From IMG/VR virus record IMGVR_UViG_3300001919_000129: DNA of 7,937 nucleotides; one strand, written 5' to 3'. This document shows positions 1-7,761 of this stretch, one piece after another; positions within the stretch are counted from its first letter, which is position 1; the number at the start of each line of letters is the position of its first letter. The translations under genes and the position numbers were made by a program. Below the pieces are notes generated by a model, which worked only from the letters and a program-made list of their open reading frames with translations, did not search any database and had not been told where the DNA came from. This stretch comes from a virus (taxonomy: Duplodnaviria > Heunggongvirae > Uroviricota > Caudoviricetes).

Positions 1-1
1 T

Positions 2-1300
2 ACGCTTCAGCTTATCAGGCAGAACAATGATATTGAGCGTTCAGGCGCTAACAATGTTGGGCTGACTGCTTTGCAAGGCCTTTCAGGTATTGCGGGGGTG
101 TTTCAGCAGGAAAAGCAGGCTCAGCGGCAGAAAGAATTTCAGCAGGCATACGCTAATGCTTATGCGTCTGGTGATCGCGGTGCTTTGCGTCAGTTGGCTA
201 CTCAATATCCAGACCAGATTGAATCCGTTCGTAAAGGCATGGGATTCATTGATGAAGATCAGCGTAATTCTATCGGCACCTTAGCGGCTGGCGCACGCCT
301 TGCGTCATCGTCTCCAGAAGCAATGCAATCATGGCTGCAAAACAACGCCAAGGAACTGACTCGCGTCGGTGTTGACCCCAACAGCGTTGCTCAGATGTAT
401 CAGCAGAATCCTTCAGGATTTGGTGAGTTTGTTGATCACCTTGGGATGGCTGCTCTTGGTCCGATTGATTACTTCAATGTTCAGGACAAGATGGCTGGTC
501 GTGAGATTGATCGCGGAAAACTTGCAGAGACAATCCGCAGCAATCAGGCTGGCGAGGCGCTAACAGCACGAGGCCAGAACATCACGATGCGCGGGCAGGA
601 CTTATCTGCTTCTACTGCGCGACGCGGGCAGGATTTGGCAATGCAGCGAGCGTCAACAAGAGGAACCGCTGGGAATGATGAGCGTACAGTTCAGTTATCA
701 GATGGCAGAACTGTAACGGTAGGCGGGAAGCTTCACGGCGCTGGGGCTAATGCGTTCTACGAAGGCATCGACAACGAGGGGAATATGGTTCGCGTTCCTG
801 CCAGTTCAATCGCAGCGCCTGCAACATCGTCTGCATCAGCACAAAACTATGCCATGAAGAAGGATATCGACGCGATCGCAAATGCAGACGCTTCTGCTCT
901 CGATTTCATGACAGGAATGACAGGCGGTGCAGGTAATCCAGCAATTGGTGCTGATGTTCGCAGCCGATTAACAGGAAAAGAGCAGCGCCAGTTATATAAC
1001 TCAGCACAACGTATTCAGGGCAGAATGCAGAATCAGGGTGTGGCGGCAGCAAGGGACATGGGTGCCAGTGGTATTAACACCGTTGCAGAAGCGAAGATGT
1101 ATTTTCAGGGGATGCCGCAGGTTGACTATTCAAGCCCGGAGGCTATGCAGCAGTCGATTCGTGAGATTCAGGAATACACCAACAATTACAACCAACAATA
1201 TAACGTTAATGTTGGTAAATCTCAGCGGCAGCAATCTCAACCTGCACAGGTATCACAGCCAGCAGCCAGCAGTAACTTTTCTTCACTATGGGGTGATTAA
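2..1300 (+). CDS. Virion ejection (internal) protein, P22 gp20-like by position; 5'-truncated by the window edge
   Basis: Reading frame is open from position 2 with no upstream stop, so the start at 71 in the ORF track is an internal TTG. Stop TAA at 1298-1300 overlaps the next start (TAATG). Assignment is by synteny, immediately upstream of a about 665-aa gp16-like gene and the tailspike. Protein is Q/A-rich with internal repeats. Confidence 0.6.
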   Translation, partial: TLQLIRQNNDIERSGANNVGLTALQGLSGIAGVFQQEKQAQRQKEFQQAYANAYASGDRGALRQLATQYPDQIESVRKGMGFIDEDQRNSIGTLAAGARLASSSPEAMQSWLQNNAKELTRVGVDPNSVAQMYQQNPSGFGEFVDHLGMAALGPIDYFNVQDKMAGREIDRGKLAETIRSNQAGEALTARGQNITMRGQDLSASTARRGQDLAMQRASTRGTAGNDERTVQLSDGRTVTVGGKLHGAGANAFYEGIDNEGNMVRVPASSIAAPATSSASAQNYAMKKDIDAIANADASALDFMTGMTGGAGNPAIGADVRSRLTGKEQRQLYNSAQRIQGRMQNQGVAAARDMGASGINTVAEAKMYFQGMPQVDYSSPEAMQQSIREIQEYTNNYNQQYNVNVGKSQRQQSQPAQVSQPAASSNFSSLWGD

Positions 1301-3297
1301 TGGCTAAAGCATGGAAAGATGTTATCGCCTCTCCACAGTATCAGGCGTTAGCACCAGAACAAAAAGCGCAGGCTCAGGAGCAATACTTCAATGAAGTCGT
1401 TGCCCCGCAAGCCGGAGAAAATGCAGAGCAGGCTAAGCAAGCTTTCTATGCTGCCTATCCATTGCCATCTGTGCAGCCAGTGGAGACACAACAACCAGTA
1501 TCACAGCAACAACCACAGCAAAGTGGATTTATGTCGGATCTTGGTGAAGCCGTGAAAGAAACTGGTCGCGGACTGGTGCAGACTGGCGTGAACGTGGCAA
1601 ACATACCTGCATCAGTTGCCGATGCTGTAACAAGCGCGGCAGCTTGGGCTGGCGGTAAACTCGGCATTGGCGATGGTACATATCAACCAGCGCCACGAGT
1701 AACAACGCAGGGATTAGAGCAGGACTTTGGCCTTCAGCAAGGCGCGCTGACTCCACAAACTACAGAGGGCAGGGTATTTGCTGAAGCATTGCCTTACCTC
1801 ACTCCTGCTGGCGTTGAGAGAGCGGCAACACAGGCACCAACACTTGCTGGTCGAATTGCTCAGGGGGCAACTCGCCTTCTCGCTGAAAACGCAGTTGGAT
1901 CACTTGCTGCAAATAGTGCGAAAGATGATGCGGAAGCACTCGCCACCGATTTAGGCGTTGGTGTGCTGGCTGGCGGTGCTATTAACGCTGCCGGACGTGG
2001 ATTAGGTGCTGCTTATCGTGGCGTTCGTGGTTCTATTGCGCCAGAAGCGCAGCAGGCTATCAGATTTGCAGAGCGTGAAGGAGTTCCTCTGCACACCACA
2101 GACCTGTTACAACCAACTTCCCGCGTCGGAAAAATGGCGCAGACTACAGCAGAAAATATCCCTCTGGCTGGCACAAGCGGAATGAGAGCAACGCAACAGG
2201 AAGCGAGAAGCCAGTTGGTGCAGAGATTTGCTGATAAATTCGGCGAGTACGATCCGGCAGTTGTTATTGACAGCCTTAAAGCGAAAACATCAGGAATTCG
2301 TCGTGCTGCCGGTAATCGACTGGAGCAGGTTCAGAATGCTATGGCTGGAGTAAACATTCAGCCTGTGCGAGCAATTCAGCAGATTGATACTGAGATATCT
2401 AACCTGCAGAAGCTTGGTAAGGTCGCTGATAACGAGACGATTTCAAAACTTCAATCCTATCGTGATGAGCTTATTCGCAATGCTGGTCCTGATGGTCCGG
2501 TAAATCTGGATTTGAAGCAATTAAGCGATCTGCGCAGCCAGTTCAGAATGGACGTGAAGGGGGAACGACCAGTGCTACCAAACCGTTCCGATGCTGCCAT
2601 TCAGCGCGTTTACAAGGCAATGACCGACGATATCAATGGTGCCATTGGGCAGAATCTTGGCAACGATACTCTCCGTAAATATCAGCAGGCCAATGCCGTC
2701 TATGCTGACGAAGCAGCGAAACTAAAGAATACCAGGCTGAAGAATGTTCTCATGAAAGGCGATCTGACGCCGGAAGTTGTCAACAACATGCTATTCAGCA
2801 AGAACAAATCGGAAATTAAGACTCTGTATAACTCAGTTGGTCGTGTTGGCAGGGCGCAAATGCGCAATGGCATCATTGGAAAGGCGATGGAGAAATCAGG
2901 TGGTTCCCCTGACCAGTTCCTTCGACAGCTTAACATCCTGCAAAACCAGACTGGCATCACATTTAAAGGTCAGGATGCTGCTTATCTGAAAGGATTGAAA
3001 AACTACCTTCAATCCACGCAACAGGCAGCAAAAGCGGCAGTAACAACACCAACAGGGCAGCAAACCATCCCGTTCATTATCGGGTATGGGACGGCAATGA
3101 ACCCGGCGACAACTGGCGCAGCGGTAAGCTACGGACTTCTTACTCGCGCCTATGAGAGCGAGCCATTCAGAAATGCAATGCTCCGAATGGCAAACACACC
3201 ACGCGGATCGACAGCGTTTGAGAAAGCCATGCAGCAAGCGCAAAAAGCGATTAATGCACTGACGCAGGGTGCTAAGTCTGATTCGTTGTCAGAATAG
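1300..3297 (+). CDS. Virion ejection (internal) protein, P22 gp16-like by position and size (665 aa)
   Basis: Long uninterrupted ORF, ATG overlapping the upstream stop (TAATG), GGGGTG Shine-Dalgarno-like motif just upstream. Size and position match the last ejection-protein gene of P22-like phages. Has a Q/P-rich linker near the N-terminus. Not verified by search. Confidence 0.6.
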   Translation: MAKAWKDVIASPQYQALAPEQKAQAQEQYFNEVVAPQAGENAEQAKQAFYAAYPLPSVQPVETQQPVSQQQPQQSGFMSDLGEAVKETGRGLVQTGVNVANIPASVADAVTSAAAWAGGKLGIGDGTYQPAPRVTTQGLEQDFGLQQGALTPQTTEGRVFAEALPYLTPAGVERAATQAPTLAGRIAQGATRLLAENAVGSLAANSAKDDAEALATDLGVGVLAGGAINAAGRGLGAAYRGVRGSIAPEAQQAIRFAEREGVPLHTTDLLQPTSRVGKMAQTTAENIPLAGTSGMRATQQEARSQLVQRFADKFGEYDPAVVIDSLKAKTSGIRRAAGNRLEQVQNAMAGVNIQPVRAIQQIDTEISNLQKLGKVADNETISKLQSYRDELIRNAGPDGPVNLDLKQLSDLRSQFRMDVKGERPVLPNRSDAAIQRVYKAMTDDINGAIGQNLGNDTLRKYQQANAVYADEAAKLKNTRLKNVLMKGDLTPEVVNNMLFSKNKSEIKTLYNSVGRVGRAQMRNGIIGKAMEKSGGSPDQFLRQLNILQNQTGITFKGQDAAYLKGLKNYLQSTQQAAKAAVTTPTGQQTIPFIIGYGTAMNPATTGAAVSYGLLTRAYESEPFRNAMLRMANTPRGSTAFEKAMQQAQKAINALTQGAKSDSLSE

Positions 3298-3387
3298 CCT
3301 TTCAAACACCAGGAACGTGCAAAAACCAAATATGTAGAACGCGAGGTTTATCGTATCCCTCTGCATAGGCGATACCTTTGCTGATTG

Positions 3388-3873
3388 TTATCTGATGTTA
3401 CTGCTACTGTTGCATGTTACCGTGTTTCCAAATCCTGAATTGCAGTTTGTATATGTGTCAACTCGTGTTGGGTAATGTTGAGTTATAACAGGCTGGCGCG
3501 CTTTTTGCTCGATCGCTTGCATTGTGTTTACAGCCTGATAATTCAATAAAGCCTGCTGGAATGCTTGGCTTTGTGCTATTTGTTGGGCTTGTTCTTGGCT
3601 TTGTAATTGAACATAAAGATTCTGAAGCTCAAGTCTTGCCTGTGCGTCACTTATCTTGCCTTCATTGACACCTTGCCCGAGCATCTTTGCAGCAAGGACA
3701 TACAGCTTAGGTGTTGGTGCTGATGCCATGCGTGAGTCGTTCTTCACACTGGCATCAAGGCAATTAGCCATATCGCTAAGCTTTTGATAGCGTTGTTCGC
3801 AACTTGCTTGATAGTCACTTACTTTTGCGCATCCAACCAGCAGAAGCGGGATAATTAACAGTGATTTTTTCAT
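3388..3873 (-). CDS. Predicted lipoprotein (161 aa), function unknown, in the sieA-equivalent slot
   Basis: Start chosen at ATG 3873 (MKKSLLIIPLLLVGC...) because AAGGAG lies about 10 nt upstream; the ORF-track start at 3909 adds 12 residues before the signal peptide and has no SD. N-terminus is a classic signal peptide ending in a lipobox LVGC, with Ala at +2 (not an inner-membrane retention residue). Mature part has a Q-rich helical-looking segment and four further Cys. Sits 70 bp downstream of mnt on the same strand. Confidence 0.7.
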   Translation of the reverse strand: MKKSLLIIPLLLVGCAKVSDYQASCEQRYQKLSDMANCLDASVKNDSRMASAPTPKLYVLAAKMLGQGVNEGKISDAQARLELQNLYVQLQSQEQAQQIAQSQAFQQALLNYQAVNTMQAIEQKARQPVITQHYPTRVDTYTNCNSGFGNTVTCNSSSNIR

Positions 3874-3943
3874 ATGGTTAACTCTCCTTAGTTTTTCACA
3901 GGATATCATGAAGGCTATGCCATTTTAGCCGGAAACTAGATTT

Positions 3944-4210
3944 CTATGTTTCCTTTTTATTATTGCTATACATGGTCTTAAGCGTTTCAAAAACCATTTT
4001 CTTAACCATATCAGATTGTTGTTCTGCCATACGCTCTGCATCGTCAATGTAAACGGATGCAGAGCTTTGTTTAGCCAACGATTCTTCAATCGCTGCAATT
4101 ATCTCTGAGTTCAGCGATCTGTTATTCATCTTCGCACGCTGCTTAATTTTCGCGTGGAGTTCATGCGGAAGTCTCAAGTGAAACTGCGCCTCGTCGTATT
4201 TACTGTACAT
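3944..4210 (-). CDS. mnt: Mnt-family ribbon-helix-helix transcriptional repressor (88 aa)
   Basis: Aligns along its full length with P22 Mnt as I recall it: N-terminal RHH strand QFHLRLP versus HFNFRMP, the RSLNSEI helix versus RSMNSEL, and C-terminal DDAERMAEQQSDMVKKMVFETLKTMY versus NDAERLADEQSELVKKMVFDTLKDLY. Start set at ATG 4210 (MYSKYDE...) to match the P22 Mnt N-terminus; an in-frame ATG at 4243 is an alternative. Confidence 0.85.
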   Translation of the reverse strand: MYSKYDEAQFHLRLPHELHAKIKQRAKMNNRSLNSEIIAAIEESLAKQSSASVYIDDAERMAEQQSDMVKKMVFETLKTMYSNNKKET

Positions 4211-4331
4211 CCTTGATGCCTCACCAGTTGGGTGGAATGGCATCGTAACCTACTGGATAAATACTCAATAGTACCATTTCGGTATGCAATCACATCATGG
4301 TTGCATCATATCATTCGTCTGGAGTAATGAA
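4211..4331. promoter_or_regulatory. Divergent control region between mnt (leftward) and tailspike (rightward); candidate operator and promoters
   Basis: AT-rich 120-bp spacer between divergent genes. Inverted repeat ATGCAA (4284-4289) / TTGCAT (4301-4306); short palindrome TACTCAATAGTA (4262-4273); TATCAT at 4309-4314; GGAG SD at 4321-4324 for the tailspike. Exact -35/-10 elements could not be fixed by eye. Confidence 0.4.
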
Positions 4332-6515
4332 ATGTCAGATATCACCGCAAATGTTGTGGTAAGCATGCCTTCGCAACTCTTCACTATGGCGCGTTCTTTT
4401 AAAGCGGTTGCCAATGGCAAAATTTATATCGGAAAAATTGACACTGACCCGGTAAATCCAGAAAACCAGATCCAGGTTTATGTGGAGAACGAAGATGGCT
4501 CTCATGTTCCTGTTTCGCAACCAATCATCATTAACGCTGCCGGATATCCGGTATATAACGGACAGATTGCCAAATTCGTTACCGTGCAAGGCCATTCTAT
4601 GGCTGTTTATGATGCATATGGTGCTCAGCAATTCTATTTCCCTAATGTGCTGAAGTATGATCCAGACCAATTTAAGAACCAATTGCTTATACTAGATGAA
4701 ACAGCACAGGATTTTAATCAGACAAAACCTTACATTATTCAAAGCGTTTCTCAGTTGCTGCAGAAAGACTTTACTGGTATTGAAAAAATAACAGTTTTCA
4801 CATACATGAACCAGCACGGAATAAAAGTGAAATCTGAATGGTATGTTGGATTAGAGAAGATAGATAATACTTATTCACTCAATCTTCCAAATGGTTATTT
4901 TGCTAATTTAATCCTTACATCTGAGATGGACTATTCAGAGTTTGGCTTTGGAAGTTCAGACCCGGAAAAAAATTCCGCAGCGATTGCCGAGGCTTGTAGA
5001 GTTGCTCGCGCAAATCAGATTATGAGCAAACTCACATTCCCGTCAGGAGTTTACTTTTCTGATAAGTTTGATTTAGATGTTGATCGCCGTGGTTTTATTT
5101 TTTCAGGAGCTGGAAATGACGCAACAATAATCATGTCAACGTCATCTAACATATCGATGCACCATGTGGGAATTGATCCTCGCGACAGGAGCAGAGATCG
5201 TCTCCACTGGCACCAAACAGTTGAAGGTTTCACCGTAAATGGAAACATTTCTAATAATGGCGCTAGTGCATCAGCAAGAGCCGTATACACAGCTCCTTAT
5301 GCTACTATTAGAAATAAATCAATTGATCACCGCATCAGTAATTATGATCTTTTACATCTGGTTATTAATTGGCATGGTCATTCGCAAGGAACAACAAATG
5401 GCTCCACCAGAACTAAGTATGGTGTTCGCGTTAGAAATAACTCTATCAAATTAATGGGTTACATTGGGAGCAGCGCTAACAATCAGTGTACTTTGTCTAT
5501 TGAAGGTATGAGCACAACCCTGACATCTACAGCATATGTAAATGACAACACTGTTACTGTTGCTGATGCTTCTGGTTTTGATACGTTGTTTGAAATTGCA
5601 TTCACCAATTCAACTGGAGGTGTAGAGACACGTCGTATCACAGCAATCTCGGGAAACGTTATAACACTTGATAGACCAATGACGTCTGAGTTCCAGTCTG
5701 GGACTAAGGTTGAAGTTCCCATTATTGGGACGTCAGTAATTTCAAGTACAATTGAAACTGGTGAGATAAGAATTGGTGACAGTCAGGCAACTTATATCGC
5801 AGGAAACTACAGCGAAGAGGCAAAGATGTATATAACAAAATACGTTAGAGCTTTGACTGTCACTGGAACATCAACAGCAGAGGCTTCACCGGCTATTACA
5901 ATTGAAGTAGACAGGCGTTCATCTATAAAAATTGAAGGAAATGACACTACGTTTTCTATCTCGGTAAACATAACAGACCGTTCTGGAAGTGTTGGTGAAC
6001 GCATTGACCTATACAATGCGCCTAAGCTGGATATTAAAATGAACACTCGTGCTCAAAATTCAATTATCTTGAATGGGGTATATGGATTCAGCAGCCTTCG
6101 TATTGAAAAGACGTTCGATTCTGTTTCTCAGGATGAAAGATTTAACCGGATGACTTTCTCTGGCTTCAATCACGTTGCACCTGCTGGAGGTTCAGTCACT
6201 GAAGTTATGAAATTTTTTCAGGATGCTACACAGTTCGGGTTTGATGGTTACACGTTTGACCTGGATATTACGTGCAGGAGGGATGGTGCTTCTGCAGCTG
6301 TTACGCCTGGCATACTGAAGCGATACGGGACATCATCAGCTGCACCAGTTGCACAAAATTCTGCTCCAGTAAGTCTTTTTTCAGACTTTAATGAGATAAA
6401 TGGCTATAATGTCTTTATTGGCGCATCTGGTAATAGAGGTACAGTGCAAGTAAGGCCAAATCCAACATCACAAATAAAATCAACTATAAATGGCACTGTT
6501 ACTTCCATAATATAG
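4332..6515 (+). CDS. Tailspike protein (727 aa): P22 gp9-type N-terminal head-binding domain fused to a divergent receptor-binding domain
   Basis: Start at ATG 4332 ([10 protein letters not shown]...) with GGAG 7 nt upstream; the ORF-track start at 4284 is an in-frame upstream ATG inside the control region. Residues 1 to about 114 (through [10 protein letters not shown]) match the P22 gp9 N-terminal domain nearly residue for residue from memory. Downstream sequence is unrelated to P22 gp9 and visibly more AT-rich. Confidence 0.9.
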   Translation: MSDITANVVVSMPSQLFTMARSFKAVANGKIYIGKIDTDPVNPENQIQVYVENEDGSHVPVSQPIIINAAGYPVYNGQIAKFVTVQGHSMAVYDAYGAQQFYFPNVLKYDPDQFKNQLLILDETAQDFNQTKPYIIQSVSQLLQKDFTGIEKITVFTYMNQHGIKVKSEWYVGLEKIDNTYSLNLPNGYFANLILTSEMDYSEFGFGSSDPEKNSAAIAEACRVARANQIMSKLTFPSGVYFSDKFDLDVDRRGFIFSGAGNDATIIMSTSSNISMHHVGIDPRDRSRDRLHWHQTVEGFTVNGNISNNGASASARAVYTAPYATIRNKSIDHRISNYDLLHLVINWHGHSQGTTNGSTRTKYGVRVRNNSIKLMGYIGSSANNQCTLSIEGMSTTLTSTAYVNDNTVTVADASGFDTLFEIAFTNSTGGVETRRITAISGNVITLDRPMTSEFQSGTKVEVPIIGTSVISSTIETGEIRIGDSQATYIAGNYSEEAKMYITKYVRALTVTGTSTAEASPAITIEVDRRSSIKIEGNDTTFSISVNITDRSGSVGERIDLYNAPKLDIKMNTRAQNSIILNGVYGFSSLRIEKTFDSVSQDERFNRMTFSGFNHVAPAGGSVTEVMKFFQDATQFGFDGYTFDLDITCRRDGASAAVTPGILKRYGTSSAAPVAQNSAPVSLFSDFNEINGYNVFIGASGNRGTVQVRPNPTSQIKSTINGTVTSII

Positions 6516-6534
6516 TTTGCATAGGGAAATTGAG

Positions 6535-6583
6535 ACAAAAACGGGACACACAAAGCTTTGCACTGGATTACAAGGCTTTGTGT
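6535..6583 (-). terminator. Candidate intrinsic terminator for the integrase gene
   Basis: Read on the minus strand, a stem ACACAAAGC (6548-6556) / GCTTTGTGT (6575-6583) with an 18-nt loop is followed by GTTTTTGT (complement of 6535-6542), about 20 nt past the int stop. Confidence 0.4.
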
Positions 6584-6595
6584 CATTCGATAGCT

Positions 6596-6617
6596 AAGGT
6601 GGATCACTCCACCTTTT
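6596..6617 (+). terminator. Candidate intrinsic terminator for the tailspike gene, overlapping the int stop codon
   Basis: Perfect 8-bp stem AAGGTGGA (6596-6603) / TCCACCTT (6608-6615) with 4-nt loop TCAC, followed by TT; the U-tract is short, so strength is uncertain. The complement of the int stop (6604-6606) lies in the loop. Confidence 0.3.
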
Positions 6618-7761
6618 CATCAAGCCAGTCCGCCCACCACTGCATCATTTCTCTGCGCTTATCGAGATACTGAGCATGGTTGTAAATCCCGCGCACAGAT
6701 CCGCCGTTGGCATGTGCCAGTTGCACTTCAATAGCATCAGCAGGCCATTCGTGCTCGTTCATAATCGTGCTGAATTCATGCCTGAATCCGTGACCGCTTT
6801 CCAGCCCTTCATAGCCAATTTGTTTGATCACAAGCAATACCGCGTTCTCGCAGATTGGCTTCTTCTTATCGTTGCGCCCGGCAAAAACAAACTCTGACAC
6901 TGGTTTAGTGATTGAGCTTAGCGTAGTGAGAAGTTCAATCACCTGGTCTGACATCGGTACTACATGAATCTTGCGGCCCTTCATCACACTGGCGTCGATG
7001 GTGATAATCCTGTTTTCAAAATCGACGTTCTTCCATAGCATGGAACGAAGCTCTTTTGTTCTGAGGGCTGTGTAGCGTAAAACTTTAGTCGCAATAAGCG
7101 ATACGATACTTCCTGAAAATGTTGCCAGTGCTTTATTGAATGCTGGGATCTGGTCGGCAGGTAAAAACGGGAAGTTCTTCTTGCGGTATCCCTTCATGGC
7201 GTCAGCAAGGTCAGGTGCCGGGTTATATTTAGCCCTACCGGTGACAATAGCGTAACGGAAAACCTCGCCGCATCTTCTGCGTGCTTTGTTGGCTCGTTCC
7301 ATTGCACCGCGATCTTCAAATCTGCGGATTACTTCCAGCAGTTGCATCGGCTCAATATCCTGAATTTCAAGGCCGCCGATGATAGGTAAAATGTCGTCAT
7401 CAAACATTTTTGCAAGTTCAGTTGCATAGCCTACTGACCAGACTTGCTTCTTGTGCTCGTACCATTCCTTGTAAATCGCACTAAATGAATTGTTGTTAGA
7501 CGAAGCCTTTTTCGCCTTTACCGGATCGATGCCAACCGAGATGTCTTTCCTCGCAGTCCATGCTTTATCCCTTGCCTCCTGCAAAGTCATAAGCGGATAT
7601 TTTCCGACGGTCAGGATTTTCTCCTTACCGTCAATCTTGTAGCGAAGCTGCCATACCTTTTTCCCGGATACAGGGACATAAAGGTACAGGCCATTACCAT
7701 CGAGAAGGCGATATGGTTTTTCTTTCGGCTTTGCTGCTTCAATCTGCTTAACGGTGAGCAT
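6604..7761 (-). CDS. intS: Tyrosine recombinase, P4/IntS-type phage integrase (385 aa)
   Basis: N-terminus MLTVKQIEAAKPKEKPYRLLDGNGLYLYV is the typical arm-binding (DUF4102-like) start of P4-family integrases, and the C-terminus carries catalytic-domain hallmarks (HGFRHEF..., VQLAHANGGSVRGIYNHAQY). Start set at ATG 7761; the ORF-track start at 7797 is a GTG that would fall at or upstream of the predicted transcript start. The intS symbol is assigned by family, size and tRNA adjacency, not by search. Confidence 0.88.
   Translation of the reverse strand: MLTVKQIEAAKPKEKPYRLLDGNGLYLYVPVSGKKVWQLRYKIDGKEKILTVGKYPLMTLQEARDKAWTARKDISVGIDPVKAKKASSNNNSFSAIYKEWYEHKKQVWSVGYATELAKMFDDDILPIIGGLEIQDIEPMQLLEVIRRFEDRGAMERANKARRRCGEVFRYAIVTGRAKYNPAPDLADAMKGYRKKNFPFLPADQIPAFNKALATFSGSIVSLIATKVLRYTALRTKELRSMLWKNVDFENRIITIDASVMKGRKIHVVPMSDQVIELLTTLSSITKPVSEFVFAGRNDKKKPICENAVLLVIKQIGYEGLESGHGFRHEFSTIMNEHEWPADAIEVQLAHANGGSVRGIYNHAQYLDKRREMMQWWADWLDEKVE

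Noticed and set aside
90-1307. Plus-strand out-of-frame ORFs (64, 64 and 89 aa) inside the gp20-like gene
   Set aside because: Alternative-frame artefacts within a long GC-balanced coding region.
1455-1756. Antisense ORFs of 70 and 75 aa inside the gp16-like gene
   Set aside because: Fully embedded in a long coding frame on the opposite strand, Cys/Pro/Arg-rich low-complexity translations, no start context; typical shadow ORFs.
2700-3243. ORFs of 70-115 aa on both strands overlapping the 3' half of the gp16-like gene
   Set aside because: Overlapping shadow ORFs with no RBS and implausible Cys/Arg/Trp-rich composition.
3340-3380. Imperfect hairpin (AGGTTTATCG...CGATACCTT) followed by TTTGCTGATTG between the convergent gp16-like and lipoprotein genes
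   Set aside because: The stem needs a 2-nt bulge and a 16-nt loop and the T-tract is interrupted, so it is too weak to call a terminator by eye. It may still contribute to termination.
3874-3909. Upstream ATG at 3909 extending the lipoprotein by 12 residues (MISCEKLRRVNH)
   Set aside because: It would bury the signal peptide behind a charged extension and has no SD, whereas ATG 3873 has AAGGAG upstream and starts directly with the signal peptide.
3913-3930. 5-bp inverted repeat GGCTA...TAGCC in the mnt to lipoprotein spacer
   Set aside because: Short arms and an 8-nt spacer; consistent with chance. Could be a minor attenuator or processing site but nothing supports it.
4211-4243. Alternative Mnt start at ATG 4243 (11-residue N-terminal extension)
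   Set aside because: Starting at 4210 gives an N-terminus co-linear with P22 Mnt. Neither start has a strong SD, so this stays uncertain.
4284-4331. Upstream in-frame ATG at 4284 extending the tailspike by 16 residues ([16 protein letters not shown])
   Set aside because: The extension lies inside the divergent control region, has no Shine-Dalgarno, and the conserved tailspike N-terminus MSDITANVV begins at 4332 with GGAG 7 nt upstream.
4211-4331. Expected arc and ant genes, or an sar-type antisense RNA, next to mnt
   Set aside because: No ORF of suitable size or orientation exists between mnt and the tailspike; the interval is only about 120 bp.
4335-6046. Several antisense or out-of-frame ORFs (71-115 aa) within the tailspike gene
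   Set aside because: All lie inside the well-supported tailspike frame; the AT-rich sequence yields few stops in alternative frames by chance.
6404-6897. A 67-aa minus-strand ORF spanning the tailspike/int junction and a 73-aa plus-strand ORF inside int
   Set aside because: They overlap confidently called genes and the terminator hairpins and have no translation signals.
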